A stretch of 64,000 nucleotides of DNA from Octopus vulgaris. Lineage: Eukaryota. The notes beneath the pieces were generated by a model. It had not been told where the DNA came from, ran no database searches, and worked only from the letters and a program-made list of their open reading frames with translations. The DNA is taken from assembly GCA_951406725.2 (NCBI GenBank), contig OX597830.1:53444001-53508000 (forward strand), written 5' to 3'. Both the position numbers and the translations under genes were made by a program. Position 1 is the stretch's first letter, and each line of letters starts with the position of its first letter. Shown piece after piece: positions 1 to 13,471 of this stretch.

Positions 1-3000
1 TTTTCTGGCTTTTGAGAATTTAAGAATTTAATTTTCCCCCTTTCTTTCTTTGGGAGTATAACTGTAGTTTTGGACTTTTTAAAATTCTTAGGGGGCTCAA
101 CTAACGACCTTCTAAAATGCAACAAATCTGTTATTAAACATTTAATAATTATTGACATGAGTTTATTCTTTAAATGTTTATTTATAAAATGAGGGGCTTT
201 TTCGTGTAATGGTTTGCGATGGGTGGACTAAACGTGAGGGATTTGCATGTAAGCACATGACATCGTTATTATTTAACCCCAGGTCAATCCCGATCATGCA
301 AACGAGTTGCAACCAAAAAAGCTTTCCATCTATGCGCATCCAATCTTTTTTTTATTCCCTCACATCAGGGACTACATTGTGTTTATTTTATATCAATTTT
401 TTAAGTCGGTAAAGTATGGTTTTGGGGAGATTTAGCTGTTATTTTTAGTAGATCTAGCGACCACAGGAGTTCCCTTGGCTCGTTTCGTCTTATATGCACG
501 ACGAGAACTAAAATTTTCCATGTTCCAAGTTTTCATATGAATCTTTTCTCTTCTGTCTTCTCTCCAACCAAGTGGTTTCAAAAATGTTGATTCAGAAGAT
601 GGAAGAGAAAACATGGAACCTGGTAAATGTTTGTCATCTCCTGCCAGAGTTCCATGGAATGTCTGATGGGATTAGACATACACACACCCAACTGCTTATC
701 ATTGGAACCTGCCATTAAAGCTGTTTGCTGCTAGGTTTCATAACTTTCTATTGGAATCGGACGGATCATTATTTTCGTTTGTTGGTTTTTCTCTGGAATA
801 CGAATCGCCAAACTCCATCCATCCTTTTTCGTCTCGTATGCATGGCAATCGAATGGCCAGATACAGCAATATAATTTTTTTGAATATATCGATATTCATT
901 TATTGTGTAGGCTGTAGTCACTAGTTCAGTCAACTGCAGTATATTACTGATATTTTGTATTATCGATCCTGGAAGAATAGACACTTAAAGCGCTTATAAC
1001 AGCAACATGATTCCAGAATCGAGGGGGACAGATAGATTTTATTTCAATAATGGCTTATGATTTCGACAGAAGCCTCGCAATTTTTAGGGGAGGTGATTAA
1101 TCGTTGCAGTCGACCCATTCTTGAACTTGTACTTTATTTTATCGAACCCAAAAGAATTCAAAGCTAAACCGTGGCAGAATTTGAACTCAGAACGTAAAGT
1201 GTCCTAACTAATACAGCGGGTATTTCCCCCGATGTTGTAACCATTCTGTAAATTCGAATGAGTGGTTGGAAGTTCGATTGCCAGGTGGAGCCATTTCCTG
1301 TATTTTGAGAGAGAGAGAGAAGAAAAAAAAAAGAAAGAAAAGGAAGCTAATATGTCTCACGTGAGAGCTTCATTAAAAGATCCCGCATGTTTATCGGAGA
1401 AAGAAATGATTACGGTGACAATAAACAAATTATAGAATGAAGCTATTACCATTTCCTCAAAAATGGCCTTTTGTATACATTGTTTTGTGTTGTTGCTAGT
1501 CTATAAGAAAACAGAATATGTTTTGGTTAAACATTAACCTATGTTTTTGATTTTATTGGTCCACCACGGGGAATGTAAAATTACACTTTCTAAAGCAAGT
1601 GGTTTTTGGATCTTTGCTCTTTTAGTTGTTGAATTTAATTGATTCTATCACTCCATGATGCGATGATGCTTCTGTCTTGTCCAACCTCTCAGTTATATCT
1701 GCCTCGATAAACTTACTACATTCTTCTTTGTAAGAATTTCATATATACATTATATCTGCCTATCACACACGCAAGCATATACATATCATGTATAAAGAAA
1801 TGTGGTAGTTTGCGTCAGCAAAAATTAATCAATTGTGAAGTTCCTAAATTCGGAGAAACTGATACATTAAACTTAATTTTTTATTATTAAAATAGGGTTT
1901 GTTCTAATATAATTTCAGAATCATAATGTTAGAGAGAAAAATGGGGTGGTCGAACAACGAATTTCTATTGGTCTTGTTCACCTTCAGTATAGTCAGGTGC
2001 AGGCGAAACCATGCATGTTCTCTTCGTCATGTGCTCCAAGTTGTGTTATGTAATTTTCCTCTTTTCTTGCAGTCTCACTCGTTCTTAAAGTGAGAACTAC
2101 ATGCAGTAAATCCAAGCTTTGTGTCAGCATTCCATCATAAAGAGGTGAAATAGCTGAACGACGTATTAATCCTACAAGTTCATAGGTCTTGTGTTGAAAC
2201 CCTTTAGAGACATTTTTTTTATTTTGTTTTAGGGCATTATACTTAACTTACCAGTGAGTAGGAACCCGGCCACCAAGGGGTTTTGCTAGCATATATAACA
2301 GTCCCCTGTTCAGATGTTTATTTCTTATTTGCATAAAACTGGAGTTAAGTTAAAGTCTTGGTCCTAAAGAAATCCTTTAGAATGGTATATTTAGTTCATG
2401 TCTCTTCTATTATAATTCCATTCCCATCTAGGATTCAGTATGGAAATTAATCTCACTGTTTGATTTGTACTTTATTTTGCCCTCAAGGATGAAAGGAAAA
2501 ATTTTTTCTCCGAGGGTGGGCTAAGTTTTTTGAATTTAGAATATAAGGGCCGTAAATATTTACAGCAAAACATTTTTATTTGACTTCTAATGCATAGATT
2601 CGACTTTGTGGTTTAGATCGAAGTATAAACTAGATCTTGCAGGCCAGATAGAGACAAACTATTCCTAAAACCATATTCATAAACATGGACCAAAGTAAAG
2701 GATTAATAACAGCTCTGAATGTGTGCTAGCAATATATATTTTACAGAATAATTTAAAATAAAAATAATATTTTTGTTTGTAACATTCTGCCAAGAGAGCA
2801 GATTGAACATTGCCACTGGCTATGTGTTATACACCCCTGTTCTAATGTTTCTGCCAACTTTAATAAAGTATTGCTTAAATTTATTCATGATAGTTGAGCC
2901 AGGCTGGCAACAATTAACCTGTCACTTTTGCTGAATTTTTAAATAACAGGGATGTAAACAAACCAACACCAACTGTCAAACAGTGTGTGGGGGACAGACA

Positions 3001-3012
3001 TAAAGATACACA

Positions 3013-3730
3013 CGTGGCTGTGTGGTAAGAAGCTTGCTTCCCAACCACATGGTTCTGGGTTCAGTCCGACTGCATGACATCTTGGGCAAGTTCTTCTACT
3101 ATAGCCTCAGGCCTACCAAAGCCTTGTGAGTGGATTTGGTAGACAGAAACTGAAAGAATCTCATATTTATATATATAATTAATAATATCAGGGTGTATAT
3201 ATATATATTCATGTCTTTGTGTCTGTTTGTCCCCCGCCATTGCTTCACAACCAATGTTAGCATGTTTACATCCCCATAACTTAGCAGTTTGGTAAAAGAG
3301 ACTGATAGAAAAAGTATTAGGCTTTCAGAGAATAAGTCCTGAGGTCGATTTCTTTGACTAAAACCCTTTTAAGGCAGTGCTCCAGCATGACCACAGTAAA
3401 ATGACAAACAAATAAAAGAATGTCTATCTTTTACTTGTTTCAATCATTAGAATAGATCGACCCCCCCCCCCTGGTACTTATTCCATCAGTCATTTTTGCT
3501 GAACTGCTAGATTATGGGGATGCAAACACCAACACCAGTTGTTAAGCTGTAGCAGGGGACAAACAGACATAATGACACACACACACATATGTACACAATG
3601 GGCTTCTTTCAGTTTCTCTCTATCAAATCCACTCAAGGCTTTGGTTAGCCTGAGACTATAGTAGAAGACACTTGCCCAAGGTGTCACACAGGGGGACTGA
3701 ACTCAGAACCATGTGGTTGGGAAGCAAGCA
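3013..3730. mobile_element. Tail-to-tail inverted pair of SINE family B copies
   Basis: 3013-3420 (+) begins gtggctgtgtggtaagaagcttgcttcccaaccacatgg; its reverse complement lies at 3428-3730 (-). Confidence 0.75.
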
Positions 3731-4639
3731 AAATACATTTTTTATTAATATTTATTCATGCCAATGCACAAAACTCTCAGACCTTGAGTCACACTGTTGC
3801 TTCTAAATATTCATAAAAATATACATATACTCATATTTTGAATTCTATTTTTCCTGTGTATATACACACACGTACATACACAGGAAAATTTCCACACACT
3901 TTCTGTCTACCAAGTTCACTCATAATGTGTTAGTCAGCCTCAAAAGAAGATACTTGCCCAAGGAACTGTGCCATGGAACTGAACCCACAACCAATAATGA
4001 TAATATTATGACCAAGGGGTATAGAATTGTACTGTCGGTGGAGCCACTGACAAAATCCTTTGCAGTGTGTAATTTTCGATCTTTTATGATCTGAGTTCAA
4101 ATCCTGCCATAGCCATCACCTTAAAATAATGTGGTTGATTTTCAGAAGTTTAAGGAGTGATAGTCACTTTATACTGCTCTCTATCATTTGTGGTCAAAGT
4201 TAGAAGTGATTATTGTAATAGTGGAGTGGTAGTGGTGTTGGTGTTTTATAGTTCATGCTAGGCTATAACTGTCTGACCTGAATCAAGGCTCAGGAAATCT
4301 TTAAGAATCAGCCATGTTTTTGTTGTTCTGCACCTAACAGCTAGTCATTAGGTATGTTATCTCCTGGTTTATTACTGCACATATACTAATCATGTAAAGT
4401 TTTATATATTTGCAGTGACCAGTAATCCAAATGATGTATTTGAAATGTTACACTGCAAGGTGATGGGTGACAAGGGCTGGTCACAAATCTCAGAAATAGT
4501 GTTGAATTGATGTTGTTCACTACAATGTGTACCCGTCCAGGTGACCTACTCTTCTGGTTATTAGAAGAGCTTAATAAGGTGATTAGTGTTACTGGAAATG
4601 ATAACAATAATGCAGATATACTAAGATTATATTTCACAC

Positions 4640-5055
4640 AAGGAAATGTCCGATGGCATCACTTTGTCTCCAACAATTTGGTGCGACACCAGTGCAGAAT
4701 CACCTCCCTCCGACAAGTCATCCTAACGTTGGCTGGGTCATGCCCTCCGTCGTCAACCAGGAGAATTCATCTATGAAGCAATTGCCCCAGCTCCACTTCA
4801 GGGTTGGCGAAAGTGATGTGGTGGACAATGAAAAACCTGGCTGATGACAGTCAAGGCTGATCTGGAACCCAACCTAGGCCCCCATATCTACGGTGTTTGC
4901 CGCTGGAATAAGGAGTGGCTGGAGATCACGCGGCCGTTTGCCTCAAATCGCCAGGTCTGGTCGGCATTTGTGAGAGATGCAGCATTGAGGATGAATGAAG
5001 CCAGCTCAACCCACCCTGGGTGAATGCTGACTCAAGTGAAGTCAAGTCAAGTCGC
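4640..5055 (+). mobile_element. RTE-clade LINE 3' fragment
   Basis: Remnants of RWHHFVSN, QLHFRVG and W.EITR.ASNRQVW, ending in a (CAAGT)n-like tail. Confidence 0.6.
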
Positions 5056-5639
5056 ACAAGGAAAGCAACAAGGCCTTATATCTTGATACTTCTAGATTGT
5101 TTTCTATTCTTCCAAACCCTGTAGATACCAGTCCAATCTGTCCTTTCAACAATGGCCAGACATGTTTCCAAGGAGGATGATAAACAAATGTTACTATCTG
5201 TATAAATAATGACTTGTTTCCACTTAACACATTAAGCCAAAGCGAATGTACACACACACACACACACAACTGGTTTCTTATAGCTTTCATCTGCAAATTG
5301 CACTCTCAAGGCATTGCTCGGCTCGTAGCTACAGTAGAGGGCAACAGTCAATAGCCTATGCAATGCCTCAACTACAAGGTTGCAAAGTGATTATATGCCT
5401 ATGCCTAAGTACATATATCTGACTGCATGTTTGTGTGTGTAAATATATATATAGGTACACATCTAATTATGTGTGTGTCTATATCATCATCTTTTAACGC
5501 CTGTTCTTCATGCTGGCATGGGCTGGATGGTTTAACTGGAGTTGGCCAGATGGAGAGCTGCCTGGGCTCCATTTGTTTTATCATGGTTTGTATAGCTGGA
5601 TGCCCTTCCTAACACCAACCACTTTCCAGAGCATACTGG

Positions 5640-6230
5640 GTGTTATGTGACCGAGACCTTTGGTGATGTGCTCTGCTTAAGCGGACCCATCAAGCCAAGT
5701 GCACCCATGCTGGTAAAAAAGGATCAACCTTTGAACATTGGGCCTCACAGAGGCAAAGTAGCTGAGTACCTTTCAAGTGTTGGGGCTGACAGAGACAAAG
5801 AGGCTGAGTTCCTTTCAGGCATTGGGCCTCACAGAGGCAAAGTGGCTGAGTTCCTTTTGTGTGTTGGGCCTCATGGAGAGGAGGTGGCTGAGTTCCTTTC
5901 AAGTGTTGGGCCTCATGGAGGCAAAGTGACCAAGCTTCTTTTGTGTGTTGAGCCTCATGGAAGCAATGACCAAGACCTTTGACATTGTGGTGCTTGAGAA
6001 GAATACCCATCAAGCCGAGTAAAATTGCAGTTATGCAGATACTGGTGTCACACAAGTGGCACGTAAAAGTACTCGTTACACTCTCGGGGTGGTTGGCGTT
6101 AGGAAGGACATTCGGCCGTAGAAAACCCTGCCAAATCAGACTGGATCCTGATACAGACTTCCAATGTGCCAGCCCAGTCAAACCATCCAACCCATGCCAT
6201 CATGGACAAAGGACGTTAAATGATGATGAA
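5640..6230 (+). mobile_element. Family C short retroelement (RTE-like tail) containing a 42-bp tandem repeat
   Basis: About 5 copies of ttgggcctcacagaggcaaagtggctgagttcctttcaagtg (5735-5965); 3' end ccatccaacccatgcca.catgga...aatgatgatga. Confidence 0.7.
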
Positions 6231-6447
6231 GAGACATAAATAACATCACTAACACCCAGATGGTGCAATGTGAAGATGTGGAAATAAACATTTGTACACA
6301 TTCACACCCATAGATGACTGGCTTCTGTTTAGTTTCTGTCAGTTTTAACTCACAAAGCATTGGTAAGCTGGAGGTTACCCTAGATGTCACACAGTGGAAT
6401 AGGACATGAAACTATGTTGTATTTAGTCATTGTTGAAAGGACACACA

Positions 6448-6666
6448 CAAAGAGGTACTGAAAAGTTCCTGGTTTTGGGTAAAAGAAAATACAGGAGGGT
6501 TAATTAATTATGATTTTATTCAACATATTCTCCTCTCAGATTCACACACTTGTTGCAGTGGTCCCTCAGTTTTTCTAAGTCCTGTATAAAAGAACTCAGA
6601 AGGCTGGGCCTCCAACCAGGCTTTTCACAATAGCCTTAAAGCCAGGAACCTTTCAGCACCTCCTTA
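6448..6666. mobile_element. Mariner-derived MITE
   Basis: TIRs GGTACTGAAAAGTTCCTGG and CCAGGAACCTTTCAGCACC, followed by TA. Homologous to 26531-26732. Confidence 0.7.
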
Positions 6667-6710
<44 letters not shown>

Positions 6711-9249
6711 TAGATAAAGATTCAGGTGAATAAGGCACCGGGTTGGGTCAAAATTAAAATATATACACAGCAACTATAGATGAATACAAACATTGGTACC
6801 AAAGTACAGGCAGAAAGATATTCTGGTTATATACACAATTAATTGAACCTAACTGGATATATTATCAGCTTTGGGCTAATCCAGATACACATATTGTACT
6901 AAATATACAGCCCATAATATACTTCAGAACACACAAGGAACAGGTTCTGAGAGAGGTAAATCATAAATAGATAACAAATGATGGATAGGTGTCAGTTCGT
7001 TATAGCTGTTTCCAGCGAACTTTTTAATTGATTGATGAATGGGTACATTATACCATTACAAAAGACTTTTCTTTGGATGAATACATGAACCACAGCATTA
7101 GGGACATTTAAAGATCCACAGCATGTGCATATTTTGTGATTCCACAATCTTTGCTGGTCGACCAGCGAAGATCCTGAGGCCCATAGTCTTGCAAGCTGCA
7201 TGGCAACCTCATTGGTGCTGGTGGCACATAAAAAGCAACCAGTACATGCTGTAAAGTGGTTGGTGTTAGGAAGAACATCCAGCTATAGACAGTGGAACGT
7301 GATGCATTCCTTGTTGGATCCTGTCTAATCCATACCAGCATGAAACAAAGATGATGGTGAGGGCATAGCTCTTTTGATAGGATTTGAACATTGGGTCATT
7401 TGTTTAGTAGCCTATAGTCATAAAAGTGGCAGGTCTCATGATATTGTGAACACTTGCATTAAATAATGATTTTAAACATTGTTTAACAAAATTATAATGT
7501 TGTAGAGAGGGTAGTCTAGTTGTCTTAGTCAGCCCAAAGAAGATGAAATGCGATTAACCCAAGCAGGATGTGAACTCTAGGTTTAAAATAATTTCTTTAT
7601 GGCCCTCTGATTCATCCACTTTGCCAACCTTTTACATTAAATAAGGATTTCAAATTTTAGCAGAAGGCCAGCAATTTCTGGGGAACAAGACAATTAGATC
7701 GACCCCAGTGTTCAACTGGTACTTATTTTATCGACTCTGAAAGGATGAAAGGCAAAGTCAACTCATGTGTAATTTGAACTCAGAACGTAAAGATGGATGA
7801 AATATTGCTAAGTGTTTTGTCTGGCATGCTGAAGATTCTGCCGGCTCGTTTCTAACCTAGGTATAATGCCAGAAGTTTTGAGGGTGAGTGTAATCCAATT
7901 GAACCATAGTTCACAGCTGATAATTATCAACCATTCATCGTTTGAGGAATGAAAAGCAAAATCAACTTCAGCACTGAAATGGTTCTATCTACCACCAGGT
8001 CGTTCCGTCTTATGCTCTTCCAGCTTTCTCATCCAAACAGTATGAACAATGGAGTTGTTTGGTGCATGGCTGAAGAGTTTTTGTTTTCTTCTGAGCAGTC
8101 GTCCTCCGTACTCGTCAGTGTAACAGGTGGGGAGATTGATGGTTGATTAGGGTTAATAGAGTTTGGTGAATTTTAGAGTTTTCTATCAAGTTGCCACCCT
8201 GGGACAATGTAAATAACGACAACACCAACAGCAGTAATACACAGCTACTTCTATCATGCTGCTAAAAGCCAACCAGATAATCTATGTGGTTACTTAATCA
8301 GCTAGAAATGGCAGCTAAATTTCCCTTATATCACACTGTGTCATCTTTAAAAAAGTTCTCATTGGAGACTGTAGTTCTGAGTTCCATGTACATAGGAAAA
8401 GTGTGAGGTGGTCACAGAGTATTCAGCCCACCCACAGCATTTTGTTAGTTCTACCTATTTATCTTTTCAGAGTCGTGTTGATAGTAACATCACACAGTTC
8501 TATACTTTTGCCACCTGAGAATAATGGAAATTGTAACAACTAAAACGGTTTCACTGTAGTTCTACCTAGTTGCTGCCCCAGAGTAGTGTTCATAGTGACA
8601 AGAATAATGAAACCTTGTGGTTTACAATTGACTAACCTTATTTGCAAGTTGTTTTATCCAAGATGTTGAGGATAGTGATTATGACAAACAGTGTGATATA
8701 ATCTCTTATCAAGTGATGGTTTTGTTGGTTATTTCAACAGCCTCAGCCTGTCTGACAAGGAAACTCTGTCTTAATAATTAAGTGCAAGCATAGCTGTATG
8801 GTTAAGAAGTTTACTTCCCAACTATATGGTTTCATGTTCAGTCCCACTGCGCAGCACCTTTTGCAAGTGTCTCTCATAACTCTGGGCTGACCAAAGCCTT
8901 GTAAATAGGTTTGGCAGACAGAATCTCAAGGAAGATTATTGTATGTGTGTGTGTTTGTTTACATTTGTGTTTCTCTGAAGATCACTTTGCTACAAGCAGT
9001 TACATTTTTTTTTTGTCAATTGATTGTTCACTGGTTTTGTGGTTTTGAAGATATGTCGAATAAGAGATCTCTTACTTGAAAACAGGTAAGGATTAGTGAC
9101 AAGAAAGCCATTCAGCTGTAAAACAATTATTCAATTATATATTTGTCTAACTGTTCTTAATAGAGAAAAACCTTTGTTAAAACAAGCAGAAATTGAACCC
9201 TTTTAACTAATTTATTCAAATTCATGCCATGGCCTATTTGAGTTATTTC

Positions 9250-10960
9250 CTTTAACTCATCTTTTTTCATTTGTACGAATTGTACTGGCCAAACATTAAT
9301 TCATATCTCGTTTTTCTGGATGTAAAAAAAATTAAGGCTTTTTTATGAAAAGTAACGATAAATATAAACAATTTGAAGAACTGAGGTAGAACTAAGAGGA
9401 ATAAAAGTCATTATTTTGAATTGTTAAAGGGATTCAGTCATACCGGTTTTGTCAATTGCTGTTCACTGGCTTTGAATGTGCACTGATTACCAGTGTCAAG
9501 TCTACTAGTCTCTCAGTAAAAAGATTATATGCAAGGAGGTAAGTTGTTCTGGGAGTGGTGCAATTAGGGTAGATGTAATACTATAATATGAATGGTGTAT
9601 GGAATGTATGGGAATTAGTGGTATTAATGGTAAGGTTAGTAGTGTTCTATATTATGTGTTCATGTTGAGTTGTGGATGATATTTATTGACGAAGGTTGCT
9701 TCTTTATTCATTTTTTGCTTAACTGAAGTGTTCTGTGAACATTGGTATAAAGGAAGCATTTGGAAGTTAAGATTAAGATTCCTAGCACACCTTTCTATGT
9801 GTTCACTGAGCTGTAACTGTCTGTATTGTGGGTAGCGGATTTGTTCTTTGTGCAGAGTTTTCTTTGACAGAGTAACATTCCTGTTTGGCCAATAATAGTG
9901 ATTACTGCACCCTAAGCAGGTGATGGCATAGATTAGGTTTTCTGAGGCACAGGTGAAATTTGATTTTATCTTAAATATTTCACCTTGTTTAATGTGGAAC
10001 TCTGTATCCTCCAAATTAGGCCAACCGCATTTTTTCACTTTTGGTTGTTGTTAATGGATATAGTCTTGCATTGGTTAATATATTTTTCAATGATTTTGGT
10101 TGCATTTTGCTCTTGATAATTTTATGTGAGCCTAAAATTTTGTTCATTATTTTATCTCCTGTAATGATGGGTAGATTTTGGATGATAATTTTGAAGGCCT
10201 CATTGTTTGTAGGGTTGTGTGGGGAGATGTATGTGAGTATTTTTAAGTCTGGTGTAGTATTCCGGTTGTCTTCCTTTAATGATCGTATGTCTATTTCCTT
10301 TGCTTGTTTAATCTCAACATTTATTAATGATGTTGGTTAATGTCTCTTGATTAGTATTGATCTGAGTTCAAGGAGTCTTCGTTCATGAGTATTGGTGTCC
10401 AAAACTATGGTACAGATTCTTTTCATTAGATTATTAGGTATATTAAGTTTCATGTGTTTGGGGTAGCATGAGTTCAATAATAGGTATTGTTTTGAATCTG
10501 TGGGTTTATAGAAGATGTCTGTTTCAATGTGATTATTGACTATTTTAATTAGGATGTCAAGAAAAGGAAGTTGTTTATTGCTATTGATATTGTTGAGCAT
10601 TATTTTGAAATCAAGGAGTTTGTCTATGCTATCTTTCCAAAGTATAAAACAATCATCTAAATAACTCTTCCAGTTCTCCTTGAAATAGCAATGAAATGAG
10701 GTGCCATCTTTTTGTAGTGATGATGGGTATATTTTAAGTTCTAGGAAACCCATTACAAGGTTTGCAATGACTGGAGCAGCTCAAGTTCCCATTGCAATTC
10801 CACATTTTTGTCGATAGTAAACTGTATCGAACATGAAATAGTTGTTCAGTAGGGCGAATTTCAGTGGTGCTATTATGAATCTGTGATTGATGCATCCTGG
10901 GATCTCTTCTATGTACTTTTTCTAGCCAGAAGGCGATTGCTTCTATACCATAATCATACT
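9250..10960 (-). mobile_element. Penelope-like element (PLE), 5'-truncated and frameshifted: RT plus GIY-YIG endonuclease, Neptune-like
   Basis: Minus-strand peptides DYGIEAIAFWLEK, GIAMGT, SYLDDCFILW, LPFLDI...TDIFYKPTDSKQYL..NSC.PKH and FTCASENLIYAITCLGC..HY (GIY-YIG with CxxC). The 3' boundary is approximate. Confidence 0.9.
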
Positions 10961-11340
10961 GGAAGTATATATGTGTATATGTATTTATGTGTATGTATGC
11001 ATGCATGTATGTATATATATATATATATATATATACACGTCTATATATATGAATGGTTAATAAGAAGGTGGATACCCTTTCTCTCTTTCCCTCTACCTAT
11101 CTGTCTTACTATCTATGTAATTGCCGATTGAAACCTTGCTTGTGAAAAAACAAGGTAAAAGTTTTTATTTTTCATTCACTTCGAAATTGCTCTTAAATGT
11201 GGTTGTGGTTGTTTTGACTGCTACTTCTACCATGTAAAGCTGCCTGTTAGTTGTCACCTCTCTTGTGTTTAAATGTACACTAATTTTATATATATATTAC
11301 ATATATATGTATATGTATACATACATATATATGTATACAT

Positions 11341-11374
<34 letters not shown>

Positions 11375-11795
11375 GCTGAGAGCCCCTGTGGGATTGCACC
11401 TAGAAAGTTACCTTCCCAGGCATATGCAGTTGGGAGTGGCACTTCTTCACACATCTCTCCTCATCCATCCGTAGAACATGACCATACCAGCGCAAATGTC
11501 TTTCTTGCATGCCACATCCGATGCTTCTTATATCCAACATTTCTCTCAGGGCGCTTACACTCTTGTCACGTGTGCACACTGACACTACACATCAAGCGGA
11601 TCATGCTAGCTTCATTACTTTCGAGCCTACGCATGTTCTCCGTAGTCACAGCCCATGTTTCACTGCAGTGAAGCATGGCAGTTTGCACAGATGCATCGTA
11701 CAATCTACCTTTCACTCTGACCGAGAGACCCTTTATCACCATTAGGGGTAGAGGTTTTCTAAACTTTGCCCAGGCTATTCTTATTCTAGTGGTAA

Positions 11796-11797
<2 letters not shown>
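11375..11797 (-). mobile_element. RTE-clade LINE fragment (post-RT domain)
   Basis: RIRIAWAKFR.PLPL...VKGRLYDASVQTAMLHCSETW...MIRLMC and LRWYGHVLRM. Confidence 0.85.
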
Positions 11798-11890
<93 letters not shown>

Positions 11891-12039
11891 GTAAGATGTG
11901 TACTACACATTTTGAAGAGAGAAGTGTGGTGTATATATATTATATTACATATAATATATAATTATAATAATATATATATATATATATATTACATATTTAT
12001 ATATTTTGCATATATATAAATATATGTATATATATACTA

Positions 12040-12386
12040 TTTACTCTCTTCACTTGTTTCAGTCATTTCACTGCAGCCATGCTGGAGCACCGCCTTTAGT
12101 CGAGGAAATCGACCCCAGGACTTATTTCTATCCGTCTGTTTTGCCGAACTGCTAAGTTACAGGGACATAAACACACCACCATCGGTTGTCAAGCGATGTT
12201 GGGGGGGGGACAAACACACATATATATAACGAGCTTCTTCTAGTTTCCATCTAGAAGAAGCCCATGGCTTTGGTCGGCCTGAGACTATAGTAGAAGACAC
12301 TTACCCAAGGTGCCATGCAGTGGGACTGAACCCAGAACCATGTGGTTGGTAAGCAAGTTACTTACCACACAGCCACTCCTGCGCCT
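12040..12386 (-). mobile_element. SINE family B copy
   Basis: Head gcaggagtggctgtgtggtaag...ggttcagtcccactgcatggcaccttggg on the minus strand. Confidence 0.8.
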
Positions 12387-13471
12387 ATATATATATTTAT
12401 CTGAGATACATTATATATCTCTTTATTGTTGCAGTTTACCATTTGTTTATTGTCATAAGCATTTATTATGATTGAGGACCCATTTCAGGATATCTTTACT
12501 GTGAGGCTTTTTGTCACTGTATCTACTTGACACAAACTCAATTGAACAACGAAGAGAAAAGGTCTTTAAGTGGTAGCTTGACTAGCTAGAAATAGCAACC
12601 AAATCTCAGATCACGCCCTATCATCTCATACCTATTGGATAATGTGTTTGTGGATGCACTGTGTCCAGATAAAAGCAGTAGTGATCATGGTTAGGAAGTT
12701 TTGTGTCATAGGTCAGCTCGGTCCATGCAAACCTAGAGCTAAAGACCATTAGCTGAGCATAAATTTACATTATTTGGTTGACAAATATCTGTTGTACACC
12801 ACAAATAGCATGTGGAGAGGTGTCGTTTGTGTTTTGAGAGATGGTTTTTCCAGGTGAGGTCAAGTATTGTTCAGGCTGTGGAAATGGAAAACATTGAAAA
12901 CTGAATGCTTCTATTGTGATATGCAGGCCCCAAGTTTTACAGCCACACTGGAGTACCTGGAGAGTGAATATAATTCACAAAGTTCTCCTTGACTGTAATT
13001 TGGTATTTATTAAGAAGCTTCAGTTGGCTCTCTTCTCAACTAATATAATGGATACGTGTAATCTTTCAAAAGTGAAGGGAGACAACTTAGTGATGTCACA
13101 AGCTACCTCAGTGTTGAGAAGCCCCAAGTAATTAACTATTAATTATAATGATTACTTTTGATTAGACACCAGCTGAATATTTTTATTAACTTTCTAATAC
13201 TTATCAAGACTGTTAAGGAGGTATAATAAATTAAATCCTCTCCAGTATTTTACAAGTAGCTATTTTATTATTGCATGATCTCCAGACAAGGAGACACGCT
13301 TGGGCATTACCTGGTAGTTATTTTTTTAAAAACCTGGTGCTTAATCTGTCAGTTTCTTATGCTGAACTACTATATTATGGGGACATAAACAAACTAACAC
13401 TGATTGTAAAGCAGTCGGACACACACACACATGTGCACACACAAAATATACGTTTGTGTTTCCACGGTTTC

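Noticed and set aside
5647-6190. Repetitive ORFs of 111 and 166 aa; superficially array-like
   Set aside because: A 42-bp tandem repeat inside a short retroelement; no unique spacers, so neither CRISPR nor a gene.
7974-8215. Coding-like insert on the minus strand
   Set aside because: Frames contain stops and no recognisable motif; probably an unclassified TE fragment.
9430-9480. Hammerhead in the 3' region of the PLE (minus strand ...ccagtgaacagcaattgacaaaaccggta...), with a partial repeat at about 9010-9040
   Set aside because: Both core halves deviate from CUGANGA and GAAA; it cannot be supported without a consensus.
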